From contig CAITQP010000004.1 in the NCBI GenBank assembly GCA_903894565.1, forward strand, positions 9,957 to 73,956: a stretch of DNA of 64,000 nucleotides, given 5' to 3'. The first letter of the stretch is position 1, and each line of letters starts with the position of its first letter. This document shows, in pieces, positions 38,852 through 50,000 of this stretch. The notes under the pieces were generated by a model. It had not been told where the DNA came from. It worked only from the letters and a program-made list of their open reading frames with translations, and did no database searches. The translations under genes and the position numbers were made by a program. The DNA is from an uncultured bacterium. GTDB taxonomy: Bacteria; Patescibacteriota; Minisyncoccia; Phycocordibacterales; UBA9973.

Positions 38852-40105
38852 TTAGACAAACTGCTCCGGAATTGGGAACTGTGTTGCAAGCGCAACAACT
38901 TCAGCTTTGATGACTTTTTTCTTGGCATCATCATCTTTGTTCTTGAGTGTTTCGATGAGGAGTTCGGCGACGCGAGCACATTCTGCTTCTTTGAATCCAC
39001 GAGTCGTGATGGCTGGTGTACCGAATCGAATACCGGACGGATCAAGTGGCTTGCGTGTGTCTCCTGCGATTGAGTTCATGTTGAGAGTGATACCAACTTC
39101 GTCGAGTGCTGTCTGCGCTTCCTTGCCGGTCACTCCAAGCGAACCGAATACATCGGCGAGAATGAGGTGATTGTCAGTACCGCCACCAATCATGCGTACA
39201 CCTTCGCGCTTGAGGACAGCTTCCATAGCTTTTGCATTCTTGAGCACTTGCTGTGCATATTCTTGAAACGCTGGTGTGAGTGCTTCACCGAAAGCAACAG
39301 CCTTTGCCGCAATCGTGTGCATGTGTGGACCTCCTTGGATTCCTGGGAAAATTGACTTATCGATCTTCTTGGCGATCTCTTCACTCTCACGGGTGAGAAT
39401 AATACCTCCGCGTGGTCCGCGAAGCGTCTTGTGTGTGGTCGAAGTGATTATATCGAATCCATCGTCGAATGGATTGCGAAGTGCCTTACCCGCAATGAGT
39501 CCCGCAATGTGGGCCATGTCGGCCATTGTGATTGCTCCCACTTCATGCGCGATATCGACGAATTTCTTGTAGTCGAGCGTGCGAGGATATGCGGAGAATC
39601 CAGCGATGATGAGTTTTGGTTTGTGTTCGAGCGCAACTTGGCGAAGACCTTCGTAATCAATTTCGCCAGTTTCTGGATCTTTCATCTTGTACGTGACGAA
39701 TTTGTAGATCTTGGCAGGAAGTGTCATTGGGTGACCATGAGTAAGGTGTCCTCCATGAGAGAGATCCATACCGAGCACGGTATCACCTGGTTCGAGAAGA
39801 GCAGCATAGACGGCAAGGTTTGCAGGCGCGCCAGAGTGTGGCTGAACATTGGCGAACTTACAGTTGAAAAGCTGTTTGACGCGCTCAATCGCAAGAGTCT
39901 CGACGACATCTGTATACTCCTGTCCGCCGTAGTAGCGACGTCCCGGGTACCCTTCTGAGTACTTGTTGGTCATGATTGAACCATTTGCAAGAAGCACGTT
40001 TTTGGAAACGTAGTTCTCACTTGGGATAAGTTCAAGACCCTCTGCCTGTCGTTTTGCCTCGCCCGCGATAGCTTCAAACACCTCCGTTTCTTTATATGAG
40101 CTCAT
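38852..40105 (-). CDS. glyA: serine hydroxymethyltransferase
   Basis: PLP-lysine motif TTHKTLRGPRGGIIL. Confidence 0.9.
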   Translation of the reverse strand: MSSYKETEVFEAIAGEAKRQAEGLELIPSENYVSKNVLLANGSIMTNKYSEGYPGRRYYGGQEYTDVVETLAIERVKQLFNCKFANVQPHSGAPANLAVYAALLEPGDTVLGMDLSHGGHLTHGHPMTLPAKIYKFVTYKMKDPETGEIDYEGLRQVALEHKPKLIIAGFSAYPRTLDYKKFVDIAHEVGAITMADMAHIAGLIAGKALRNPFDDGFDIITSTTHKTLRGPRGGIILTRESEEIAKKIDKSIFPGIQGGPHMHTIAAKAVAFGEALTPAFQEYAQQVLKNAKAMEAVLKREGVRMIGGGTDNHLILADVFGSLGVTGKEAQTALDEVGITLNMNSIAGDTRKPLDPSGIRFGTPAITTRGFKEAECARVAELLIETLKNKDDDAKKKVIKAEVVALATQFPIPEQFV

Positions 40106-40190
40106 GGAATAAGGATATAAATAGATTTACACACTAATAACCTTATCCTAGCACGAAATCAGCGAAACGAAAACCGCCCCAAGCTACCTA

Positions 40191-41033
40191 TCAATCATCA
40201 CTTACAACCCAATGAATTGGATACTCGTAGTTACTTTTTCCCACAGTAAAAATATATGCCTCAATCTGTTCTTCTGTGAAATTCATATTTTTTAAAAGAG
40301 GATTCACAACATCAAGTGCCTTATCCCACGCGACATGTTCATCATACAAAATAGTATCAAGTACAGGGGCGTATTCTGGTGCAGTCAAATTTGTAACCAT
40401 TCCCGCTGCAAGAAAAACTTTTCTATCTTTTATAAGACGCTGTTGTTCCTTTTCACTTGCCGAAGAAAAATATTCAGCGTGACCGAGTTCGTGAGTATAG
40501 CCCATCAACTCAGGCAGTGTGCGTGTTGGGCTCGAGAGAACTATATTTTGTGAAGCATTGAATGTTTCACTTTTAAAATTTTTTTGTAGAGACCACAATG
40601 AAATAGTTCCCGTTTCGTTCTTTGGGACAATCACTGTTTCTCCTTCACCAGCCCGAATACTATATTCTTTTATGTAAACATACTCTGACATCTTTCGCTG
40701 ATTCTCCTCACTATTTTCCTTAAACAAAAGCGCGTTACTTAATCGAGCTTTCTGATCTTCGTTCAGTTGAGAAAATATACTCGACAACTGCTCCCACGCG
40801 AATGAAATCTTCCATCCTTCACCCTCAATCACCTCATTTCCTTCCGTCCCATTAAACGCAATGTCCTCATGAGTAAGTGGGACTTCAAGTGCTTTGCTCG
40901 ATACCTTTAATTGTTCAATAATTGCATCTCGATTCGGATTATCAAAAAGATTCTTGGCTTTGTCGGTCTTAAAATAATCACGGGCATAGTTCTCTGGTGT
41001 TGGCTTCGGGAATCCCATTTGTTCCATATGCAT
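40191..41033 (-). CDS. hypothetical protein with HExxH motif (putative zinc metallopeptidase)
   Basis: YTHELGHAEYF. True start is probably MEQMGFP, since the ORF-track extension to 41132 reads through a terminator hairpin. Confidence 0.4.
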   Translation of the reverse strand: MHMEQMGFPKPTPENYARDYFKTDKAKNLFDNPNRDAIIEQLKVSSKALEVPLTHEDIAFNGTEGNEVIEGEGWKISFAWEQLSSIFSQLNEDQKARLSNALLFKENSEENQRKMSEYVYIKEYSIRAGEGETVIVPKNETGTISLWSLQKNFKSETFNASQNIVLSSPTRTLPELMGYTHELGHAEYFSSASEKEQQRLIKDRKVFLAAGMVTNLTAPEYAPVLDTILYDEHVAWDKALDVVNPLLKNMNFTEEQIEAYIFTVGKSNYEYPIHWVVSDD

Positions 41034-41047
41034 ACATAGTATCACAG

Positions 41048-41079
41048 AAAAAAACCGCTCCGAAAGGAGCGGTTTTTTT
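41048..41079 (-). terminator. rho-independent terminator (aaaaaaaccgctcc-gaaa-ggagcggttttttt)
   Basis: Perfect hairpin with a GNRA loop and flanking A/T runs, 3' of the DEAD-box helicase. Confidence 0.7.
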
Positions 41080-41088
41080 ATCGTCTCT

Positions 41089-42507
41089 TTACGCAGGAAT
41101 GAAAGTAAGTGCGATTCCCTTCTTATCTGCACGGCCAGTACGGCCGATGCGGTGAACGTACGTTTCGTAATCGTTCGGGATATCGTAGTTGATCACGTGC
41201 GTGACATTTGGAATGTCGAGTCCGCGAGCAGCGACGTCAGTCGCGATGAGAATTTTGGTTTCGTTTTTCTTGAAACTCTCAAGCATGCGCATACGTTCGC
41301 GGTTGCGCTTGTCACCGTGAATACCGGCGACTTTGAAGCCGAGCGAGCGGAGCTCGCTCTCGAGCTGATCAACACTGCGCTTGGTCTCACGGAAAATGAG
41401 AACTTTGTCCGCACCCTCACCAATGAGAATGTCGTGCAATGTGTTGAGCTTGTCTTCTTTGCGGACACGAACAACGTCCTGATCAATGTTCTTTGAAGTG
41501 TTTCCTGTGACAACTGAAACGAAGAGTGGATCTTTGAGATACATTTCTGTCATCTTCTTGATCTCAGGCGAAAGTGTCGCTGAGAAGAAAAGTGTCTGTC
41601 GTGGTGTCGCACATTTGCCGAGGATGAATGTCATGTCGTCACGGAATCCCATGTCGAGCATGCGGTCTGCCTCATCGAGTACGACAGTACTGAATGTTGA
41701 GAGATCGAGTGCCTTCTGCTTCACGAGGTCGGTGATACGTCCTGGTGTTCCGATGACGAAGTTTACTCCGCGACGGATTTCACTGATTTGGCGATTGATT
41801 GGCATTCCACCAACAACTGAAACAGAGAAGACATGGAGCCATGCGGAAAGATCACGAAACTCAACTTCGATTTGCTGTGCAAGTTCGCGAGTTGGAGCCA
41901 TGATGAGTACTTTCTGCTTTTTATCGCGACTAACGCGATCAATGAGCGGAAGAATGAAGGCACCAGTTTTTCCAGTTCCGGTGTTTGCAAGACCGAAGAA
42001 GTCACGACCACCGAGCACGGTCATGATCGACTGATCCTGAATTGGTGTTGGGTGAACGAAGCCTTTCTTGGCGATATTTTTCTGAAGCTGTTCTCCGAAT
42101 GGAAAATCAGCAAATTTGTGTTTCGCAACATATTTCTTTGCTTCCGTAACAGGCTCTGCCTTTTTTACGAATTTTGAAAAATCGATGCGTTGAGCGAAGC
42201 GTGATCCGCCTCCCCCGCCTCCCGTGCGATTGCGCGCGAAGCTCGTACTTCGGCGACCAGCCCCGAAACCACTTTTACGTGGAGCAGCGCCGAATCGTGA
42301 ACTACTTGATTTAAAACCGCCTGAACGAGCTGGGGCACTTGAAGAAGCGCCGCTCGGACGAGCAGAGTGTGATGGACCTGTATAGCGGAAGCCTGAGCCT
42401 GAACGCGTTACGGGCGATGAATTGAACGAGCGCTTTCCGCCTGATGACGGGCGCGCAGAATGACCTGTGGGCATATAGTTACTTGTTTTGTCATGGATAT
42501 CAACCAT
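41089..42507 (-). CDS. DEAD-box ATP-dependent RNA helicase with N-terminal Arg/Gly/Ser-rich tail
   Basis: Q motif (PTPIQ), Walker A (ANTGTGKTGAF), DEAD (VLDEADRMLD), SAT, HRIGRTGRA. Confidence 0.9.
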   Translation of the reverse strand: MVDIHDKTSNYMPTGHSARPSSGGKRSFNSSPVTRSGSGFRYTGPSHSARPSGASSSAPARSGGFKSSSSRFGAAPRKSGFGAGRRSTSFARNRTGGGGGGSRFAQRIDFSKFVKKAEPVTEAKKYVAKHKFADFPFGEQLQKNIAKKGFVHPTPIQDQSIMTVLGGRDFFGLANTGTGKTGAFILPLIDRVSRDKKQKVLIMAPTRELAQQIEVEFRDLSAWLHVFSVSVVGGMPINRQISEIRRGVNFVIGTPGRITDLVKQKALDLSTFSTVVLDEADRMLDMGFRDDMTFILGKCATPRQTLFFSATLSPEIKKMTEMYLKDPLFVSVVTGNTSKNIDQDVVRVRKEDKLNTLHDILIGEGADKVLIFRETKRSVDQLESELRSLGFKVAGIHGDKRNRERMRMLESFKKNETKILIATDVAARGLDIPNVTHVINYDIPNDYETYVHRIGRTGRADKKGIALTFIPA

Positions 42508-42619
42508 ATGACAACAAGCGTCTAGGTGACTTCCACAATCGTCACTCCCTTATAAATAAGAGGACCTCGTGTGGTCCTTAGTGAGAATGATATTCAGAGA
42601 ATAGCACTATTGTCTTGAT

Positions 42620-43606
42620 ATGTCAATATTCGCCAAAAGTCGGCAAAAAACATATACTCAATACATGAAAGGCAAACACGCGGACGAGCAGTATCTCGAC
42701 TTACTCCAAAAGCTCATCGATCTGGGTACAGAAAAAACTGACCGCACGGGTACAGGCACAAAATCGTTCCTTGGTCATCAAATGCGTTTCGATCTTGAAG
42801 ACGGCTTCCCTCTTCTCACTACAAAAAAAGTACCGATCAAAGCAATCATTCATGAACTGCTTTGGTTTATGCGTGGCGACACCAATCTCAAATATCTCGT
42901 CGACAATAATGTGCACATTTGGGATGAGTGGCCATACAAGGCATATCTCAAACGAAACAATCTCCCGATTCCAGAAATTAATGGTGAAGAATGGAAGACA
43001 GGCATGAACGCTTTTGTCGAACGCATCAAAACTGACGAACAATTCAGAAATGAATACGGCAACCTCGGACCGATCTATGGATATCAGTGGCGTAGTTGGC
43101 CAACACCAAATGGCGGACACGTTGATCAGCTCGCCAAAGTGATTGAACAAATAAAGACAACACCTGATTCACGACGCATGATCGTGTCGGCGTGGAATGT
43201 CGCCGATATTGATGAGATGGCAAAGGCAGGGCTCCCGCCCTGCCACTGCTTCTTCCAGTTTTATGTCGCCGACGGCAAACTCTCCTGCCAACTCTACCAA
43301 CGTTCGTGCGATACATTTCTTGGCGTGCCATTCAACATCGCGTCGTACTCAATCTTCACGATGATCATCGCACAAATCTGTGGATTGAAGGCTGGCGAAT
43401 TCGTTTGGACTGGCGGTGATGTACATTTGTACAAAAATCACATTGAGCAAGCTCAACTGCAACTCACTCGTCGGAGTGATATTCGTCCCCTCCCGACGAT
43501 GAAGATAAATCCCGCAAAAACAAAAATCGAAGATTTCACGATCGACGATTTTGAACTTGTTGATTACAATCCGCATGATGCCATCAAGGCACCAATCGCA
43601 GTCTAA
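42620..43606 (+). CDS. thyA: thymidylate synthase (ThyA, long form)
   Basis: [16 protein letters not shown], and the catalytic Cys in [12 protein letters not shown]. Confidence 0.9.
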   Translation: MSIFAKSRQKTYTQYMKGKHADEQYLDLLQKLIDLGTEKTDRTGTGTKSFLGHQMRFDLEDGFPLLTTKKVPIKAIIHELLWFMRGDTNLKYLVDNNVHIWDEWPYKAYLKRNNLPIPEINGEEWKTGMNAFVERIKTDEQFRNEYGNLGPIYGYQWRSWPTPNGGHVDQLAKVIEQIKTTPDSRRMIVSAWNVADIDEMAKAGLPPCHCFFQFYVADGKLSCQLYQRSCDTFLGVPFNIASYSIFTMIIAQICGLKAGEFVWTGGDVHLYKNHIEQAQLQLTRRSDIRPLPTMKINPAKTKIEDFTIDDFELVDYNPHDAIKAPIAV

Positions 43607-43611
43607 ATTAT

Positions 43612-44055
43612 TTGTATAAAATCAAAACAATGAAACAAGGTACAGACTATATTGGAACAGGTGTGGGTGCATTCATCCTCAATGACGAGGGTGAACTTTT
43701 TCTCATGAAGCGTGGTCCAGAATCAAAAAATGAGGTTGGTTACTGGACTGTACCTGGAGGCACCGTCGAATTCGGCGAAACACTGAGTGATGCAGTCGTA
43801 CGTGAAGTACGTGAAGAAATCGGTGTCGATATCGAACTCGATGGACAGCTTCCTGCGATTGATCATATTTTACCCAAAGAAAAGCAGCACTGGGTCACCA
43901 CGATCTTTCCTGCGCGCATTATTTTTGGCACACCAGAAATACTTGAACCATCAAAATGTAGCGATATCGGTTGGTATCCACTCGAAGCTCTTCCTGCTCC
44001 CTTGGCCAGCTCACTACAAAAAACAGTGAACACATTTTTAAATATCGAAGAATAA
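43612..44055 (+). CDS. Nudix hydrolase
   Basis: Nudix box GGTVEFGETLSDAVVREVREEIGV. Confidence 0.8.
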   Translation: MYKIKTMKQGTDYIGTGVGAFILNDEGELFLMKRGPESKNEVGYWTVPGGTVEFGETLSDAVVREVREEIGVDIELDGQLPAIDHILPKEKQHWVTTIFPARIIFGTPEILEPSKCSDIGWYPLEALPAPLASSLQKTVNTFLNIEE

Positions 44056-44075
44056 TATTCAACCGAACATTCATT

Positions 44076-45749
44076 ATGGAAAATAAGATCTGCAAACAAT
44101 GTTCGAATCAATTCTCAATTGAACCAGACGATTTTTCGTTTTACGAAAAAATGCAGGTGCCTCCACCAACACTTTGTCCAATCTGTCGTCAAAAGCGACG
44201 CATGTTCATTCGCAATTTCACCACACTCTACAAGCGAACGTCATCAAAATCTGGCAAACCTATTATTGGTATGTATCACGCCGATCAGCCCTTCCCTGTC
44301 TGGAGCACAGAAGAATGGTACGCAGACGATTGGGACGCAATTGAGTATGGACGTGACTATGATTTTTCTCGACCATTTTTTGATCAATATCATGAGCTCC
44401 TGAATGAAGTGCCTCATGCTTCACTCATGGTTACAAACAGTTCAGATTGCGGATACTGTAATGTTTCGCATCGTAGTTCGCATTGCTATTTCGCCTTCGG
44501 AGTTGTCGACAGTGAATATTGTGACTACGGCGGTCATGCAATTTGGAATTCACGAGAATCATCTGACTGCGCGTATCTCTACAAATCAGAATACTGTTAC
44601 GAATGTATCGACGTCCTTGAATCAAACAATCTCCTCTATTCTGAAGAATGTGAAGCCTGTGCTGAATCAATCGGACTCTTTGATTGTCGCGGGTGCGTAA
44701 ATTGTATTGGCTGTGTTGGTTTGCGAAACAAGTCGTATCATATTTTCAACCAACCAGTTTCCAAAGAAGAATACCAACAATTCAAGATTGATCACCCGCT
44801 CCGAGACAGTGCAACACTCGCATACATACAAGAGGAACAATCGAAATTAAAGCTCACTGTTCCGACTCCACACATGTTTGGCTCTCACAATACAGACGTA
44901 TCTGGAAACCATATTTATAACGCGAAAAATATAGCGTGGAGTTTTGATATCAAGAGCGGAGAAAATGGAAAATTTGGATTCACCGTTCGTTCACTCGTCG
45001 AGAGTTACGACTCAATATTCACAACGAATGTTGAACACTGCTATGAAACAGTTTTCTCTCAATCGTACAAACTCATCGCGTGCCACATGGCACAAGATTG
45101 TACCGAAACTTCATATTCTCAATTTTGTCTAAACTCAAACAACTTGTTTGGCTGTGTTGGTCTGCGCAAAAAAGATTATTGTATTTTGAATAAACAATAT
45201 ACCAAGGAAGAATATGAAGCACTCGTGCCAAAAATAATTGAACACATGCGCTCGACAGGAGAATGGGGTGAATTCTTTCCAATCGAGCTTGCACCTTTTA
45301 CTTACAATGAGTCTACCGTAAATGAATACTACCCCCTCGCTCGCGAAGAGGCATGTGCCGAAGGATACCCATGGAAAGACGACATTCCAGCAATGCGCGG
45401 GCAAGAGAACTTTACGATTGACCAAACTGACACCTACGAGTTTGAATTCTTAAAAGATAAAATCTTTGCTTGTGAATCCTGCGAACGAAATTACCGATTC
45501 ATCGATCATGAACTTTCACTCTATAAACGATTCGGACTCCCTCTTCCACGCAATTGTTTCTTCTGCAGACATGCGAGACGAATGCAAAAACGTCTTCCCC
45601 GCACACTTTACGAACGAACCTGTATGTGTGAGCAACATACTCATGCGCACGGGAATGAGCACTGCCAAACCGCATTCATGACCGCATTCAGCCCTGACCG
45701 ACCAGAGCATGTGTATTGCGAAAAATGTTATCAAGCTGAAATTGTCTAA
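44076..45749 (+). CDS. uncharacterised Cys-rich multi-zinc-ribbon protein (557 aa)
   Basis: N-terminal CKQC...CPIC; an internally duplicated C.GC.NC.GCVGLR.K.Y.I.N....KEEY module; C-terminal CESC...CFFC and CMC...HAH...C...CEKC. ORF-track start 43971 overlaps Nudix; MENKICKQC at 44076 preferred. Confidence 0.55.
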   Translation: MENKICKQCSNQFSIEPDDFSFYEKMQVPPPTLCPICRQKRRMFIRNFTTLYKRTSSKSGKPIIGMYHADQPFPVWSTEEWYADDWDAIEYGRDYDFSRPFFDQYHELLNEVPHASLMVTNSSDCGYCNVSHRSSHCYFAFGVVDSEYCDYGGHAIWNSRESSDCAYLYKSEYCYECIDVLESNNLLYSEECEACAESIGLFDCRGCVNCIGCVGLRNKSYHIFNQPVSKEEYQQFKIDHPLRDSATLAYIQEEQSKLKLTVPTPHMFGSHNTDVSGNHIYNAKNIAWSFDIKSGENGKFGFTVRSLVESYDSIFTTNVEHCYETVFSQSYKLIACHMAQDCTETSYSQFCLNSNNLFGCVGLRKKDYCILNKQYTKEEYEALVPKIIEHMRSTGEWGEFFPIELAPFTYNESTVNEYYPLAREEACAEGYPWKDDIPAMRGQENFTIDQTDTYEFEFLKDKIFACESCERNYRFIDHELSLYKRFGLPLPRNCFFCRHARRMQKRLPRTLYERTCMCEQHTHAHGNEHCQTAFMTAFSPDRPEHVYCEKCYQAEIV

Positions 45750-46538
45750 ATGACGACTCAAGCAAAAAATATATACGGTGTTCGCGTTGTGTACCACACG
45801 GCTGGTGACCCAAAGAATCCACCAATCGTATTTCTTCATGCGTGGGGTGCGAGAAATATCAAACGTGTCATCCGAGAATTCGCGTGTGATTTTTATGTAA
45901 TCGTTCCTGAGCTTCCTGCACTCTTAGGTTCAGACACTCCAACAAATCCTTCTTGGTCATACACTGACTACGTCGAACTTGTCCGTGCGCTCATCAAAGA
46001 ACTCAATGTCACCAAACCAACACTCGTTGGGAATTCGTTCGGCGGAAGTATCGCGACAATTTACGCGACGCTCTATCCGAGCGATATGCGAAATCTCGTA
46101 CTTGTTGACTCGGGAACATCGAGTGAATATCCACGAACACCGTACATGCGAAGGTACCATAGACGCTTTTTCTTTTTGCTCACCTCCCCTACAGTTCCCG
46201 CGTTCATCAAAAAATTCGCAGTCTGGTATTACCTAGGCAAGCCGTTTTCACGTATCACAAACCAAGAACTCAAAAACGAAATTCAATTCGCGCAGAATTT
46301 CAACCGCGAATTTATTGTCGACTATTCCAAAATCATCGTGCCAACACTCGTACTCTCAGGCTCGCGCGATACAGTTATTCATCCGCTAGCGGACGCGCGG
46401 AAAATAGCACACATTATTCCAAATGCGCAGTTTTATACTTACTCCGGAAACGTCACAACGATCTACCAGAAGCCTACAAAAATCATCAATCTCATCAAAC
46501 AACACCTTTTTCAAAAAAGTGCTACACTGTCCGCATGA
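45750..46538 (+). CDS. alpha/beta-fold hydrolase
   Basis: GxSxG LVGNSFGGSIA; its start ATG immediately follows the preceding stop. Confidence 0.7.
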   Translation: MTTQAKNIYGVRVVYHTAGDPKNPPIVFLHAWGARNIKRVIREFACDFYVIVPELPALLGSDTPTNPSWSYTDYVELVRALIKELNVTKPTLVGNSFGGSIATIYATLYPSDMRNLVLVDSGTSSEYPRTPYMRRYHRRFFFLLTSPTVPAFIKKFAVWYYLGKPFSRITNQELKNEIQFAQNFNREFIVDYSKIIVPTLVLSGSRDTVIHPLADARKIAHIIPNAQFYTYSGNVTTIYQKPTKIINLIKQHLFQKSATLSA

Positions 46539-47056
46539 TAGTCTCGATGATCGCAGCAATTGGGCGCAATAACGAGCTTGGCAAGGACAATACGCTCCTG
46601 TGGGAGATGCCTCGCGACATGCAGTATTTCCGTGATACCACACGCGGACACACTGTCATTATGGGCCGTAAAACTTTTGAATCAATCGGATTTCCACTCC
46701 CCAAGCGCCAAAACATCGTAGTCACTCGCGACCACTCCTACCGACCCGCCGGCGTCGATGTCGTGCATTCTCTCGAAGAAGGTCTTCGTCTTGCTGCCCT
46801 CGAACAAGGAAAACATTTCGAAGAAAAACAAGAAGAGACAGAAATCTTCATCATCGGTGGCGGTGAACTCTATCGTCAGGGAATGTCTTTCGCTCACAAA
46901 CTCTATATCACCCGCATCGACGGAGAATTTCAAGATGCAGACACGCACTTCCCCGAGATCGGCCCTGAATGGAAAGAAATCTCTCGTGTTGCACACGAAC
47001 CAGATGCGGAGCATAAATTCCCGCATGTGTTTCTCGTTTACAAAAAAACCGCGTAA
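46535..47056 (+). CDS. folA: dihydrofolate reductase
   Basis: MIVSMIAAIGRNNELGKDNTLLW...VIMGRKTFESIG...IFIIGGGELY. Confidence 0.9.
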   Translation: MIVSMIAAIGRNNELGKDNTLLWEMPRDMQYFRDTTRGHTVIMGRKTFESIGFPLPKRQNIVVTRDHSYRPAGVDVVHSLEEGLRLAALEQGKHFEEKQEETEIFIIGGGELYRQGMSFAHKLYITRIDGEFQDADTHFPEIGPEWKEISRVAHEPDAEHKFPHVFLVYKKTA

Positions 47057-47066
47057 GCGGTTTTTT
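47042..47066. terminator. bidirectional terminator (aaaaaaaccgc-gtaa-gcggtttttt)
   Basis: Lies between convergent folA (+) and the giant surface gene (-). Confidence 0.7.
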
Positions 47067-47088
47067 GTAAGTCCTTTTTTACTACACA

Positions 47089-50000
47089 TTAGTAACTACA
47101 AAACGAAGCATCAGAACCCGTAACAAGCACCCCGCTTGCATTTCGTGCCCATGCTTGTAAGTGCCAAGGCGTATTACACGAGATTGCTCCGATCGGAACA
47201 GTAGCTGTAAATGTGCCTGTTCCTGTCATTGTTGGTCCTGGCACAGTGGCATTGACCGAACCAGATGAATACGCGGTCGTTCTTCCATAATAGAAACCGA
47301 CACTCGCGCTTGAAGCTCCTGCTCCGAGCGAGATAAGATTACCCTTCAACAGAGCAGAAGAGGAACTGAGAAGTGCTCCTGAAACAGTCGACACACTTGG
47401 GTTACATACAACAGTGGTAAAGAGTGCATCCGCACCATTCGCTGAGCCTCCAGTATTGGTGGCTTTTGCGCGATAATGATATGTCGTATTACATGCAAGG
47501 CTCGAAACTGAACCAGTGAATGTTCCAGTTGTACTCAACGTACCAGCGGAGACGGTAGAACCATATGATGTCGTCAATCCATATTCAAAACTGACTGTTG
47601 TACTTGAAGCTCCACCGGTACTTGTGAGATTGCCTCCGATGGTCGCACTGAATTGTCCTACCCCACTCGCGCTTGTTGTCGCGACAGTTGGAGCACATGC
47701 GGAGGTTGTGAATGAAGTATCTCCGCCATTCGCTGAACCTCCGGTATTTGTAGCCTTTGCGCGATAATGATATGTCGTATTACATGCAAGACTTGAGACT
47801 GAGCTACTAAATATTCCCGTCGTACTCATTGTTCCTGCTGATATGGTTGAGCCATATGAAGTTGTTGTTCCGTACTCGAAGCCAACTGTTGTACTTGAAG
47901 CTCCACCGGTGCTTGTGAGATTTCCACCAAGAGTGGCCGTCGCTACACCGACAGCACTCGCCGATGTTGTTGCCACTACTGGCAGACCAATCGGGCACGC
48001 ACTTGTTGTGAACGAGAGTGTCGAACCAGCAGCCGAATGACTACCGTTATTTGTCACGGTCGCATTAAATGTATATGTCGTGTTACAAGTAAGGCCTGTT
48101 AGGTTATACGAATATGGTGATGGTGCTAGTGTGATTAAGCCAGTAAGTATGACCGCCGTTCCAAAACTTCCGGCAAATCCTCGAGTTGCACTTGTCGCAC
48201 CCGAGCCAAGAGAAGTGACTGTTCCATTCAATGTTGCTCCTGTTGCAGTGATCCCCGTCGCGGTATTCGTCGTAACCGATGGAGAACCGACTGGACACGC
48301 AGTCGTCGTAAACGTGAGGTCCGCTCCGTTTGCAGGACCCGAACCATTCAACGCGTCAGCTTGGAAATAATATGTCGTTCCACACGTGAGGCCTGAAATA
48401 TTTTCATGAAATGCACCAACCGAAGTTACAACTCCTGAAGTCGAAAGGGTGTAGGCAGTTGATGTATCGTATTGGAAGAATGTTACGGTAGAAGGATCTC
48501 CTCCATTACTGGTAAGATTGCCGTTCAAGACAACACTTGTGCCAGTAACTGATGCCGCACTCACTGTCGTAACTGACGGTCCGCCGGTACACGCGTCGGT
48601 TGTAAAATTCTGGATAGAACCTACGGCTGAAACGCTCGCGTCGTTAACGACTTGAGCTTGATAATAATACGTAGTGCCACACGATAGCCCGTAAAGAACA
48701 GAGAGGTATGTATGAGGAACGGTCGTAATCCAAAGCGGACCACCAACAGCGACAGTCGTACCGAGTGCCGTAGTTGTGCCGTATTCAAAACTCGGTGTGA
48801 CGCTCAACGCTCCAGTACCCAGCGCCGTAACCGTGGCGTTCATGACACCACTTGTAGCACTAATCGTCGTGGCTGTATTTGTGGTGACCAGAGGTGCACC
48901 CGCTGGACACGGAGCTGTTCGAAATACGATTGAAGCACCGCTCGCTGAAAGCGCGACGTTGTTTGTAATTTTTGCAATATAACTATACGAAGAATCACAA
49001 GTGAGCCCAGACACATTTGCCGTGAAGGTGCCAGTTCCAAACGTTCCAGATACGGTGATCGGAGCACCGAAACTTGTGGTAAATCCGCGACTGGTGATAC
49101 TTGTTGCTCCAAGACCAAGCGACGTTACGTTTGCATTCAGGGTTGCAGTTGTTGTCGTGATTGCAGTTGCAGCAACAGTTGTAACAACAGGTGCTCCAAT
49201 CGGACATGCAGCAGTTACAAAAGATATTGTGCCGCCTGAACTTGAGACACTCGCGTTGTTTGTCGCCGTAGCAATAAAATTGTAACCCGTATTACACGTG
49301 AGGCCAGTGATCATCGAGGAGAACGTTCCTGTTCCAAAAGTACCAGTCATCGTGATGGGAACTCCAAAGCTACCAGTAAATCCGCGACTCGTTATGCTTG
49401 TCGCTCCAGTACCCATGCTTGTTACATTTCCGTTAATGGTAGCACTTGTCGTTGTAATCGAAGTTGCGCTTGTTGTTGTAACAACAGGTGCTCCGATAGG
49501 ACAAGCACTTGTGGTAAATGAAAGTGCTGATCCGGTACCAGTCAATCCGGCATCATTTACGGCACTCGCCGTAAATGTATATGTTGTATGACACGTCAAA
49601 CCAACAAGATCTTGAGAAAACGCTGATGGTAGAGTTCTAATCACTGTCATTGTCGTGCCCGAGCCTCCAGAACTTGAAGTCAATGTACGGCTCGTGATTG
49701 ATGTTGCGCTTGTACCAAATGCTGTGACGTGTCCGTTGATTGTTGCGGTGGTTGTTGTTATTGCAGTTGCAGGATCGGTGATTACTGTTGGAGCGGTGGC
49801 TGGGCAGGCTGGTGTGGTGAATGAGACTGGGGTGAGATCAGTCGTTGCTCCCCCACCTGCATTTGTTGCTGTCGCAAAATATGAATATGTGGTGCCACAA
49901 GCGACTGTTGTTGTACCAGAAAAATTGGTAAGCGATGTGAGTGTTGGAGTTGATGAAGCGACAGTTGCACCGCCGAAATTAAATGAGACCGAAGATGAAG

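Noticed and set aside
43971-44075. N-terminal extension of the Cys-rich protein ORF
   Set aside because: Overlaps the 3' end of the Nudix gene; the zinc-ribbon domain starts at MENKICKQC.
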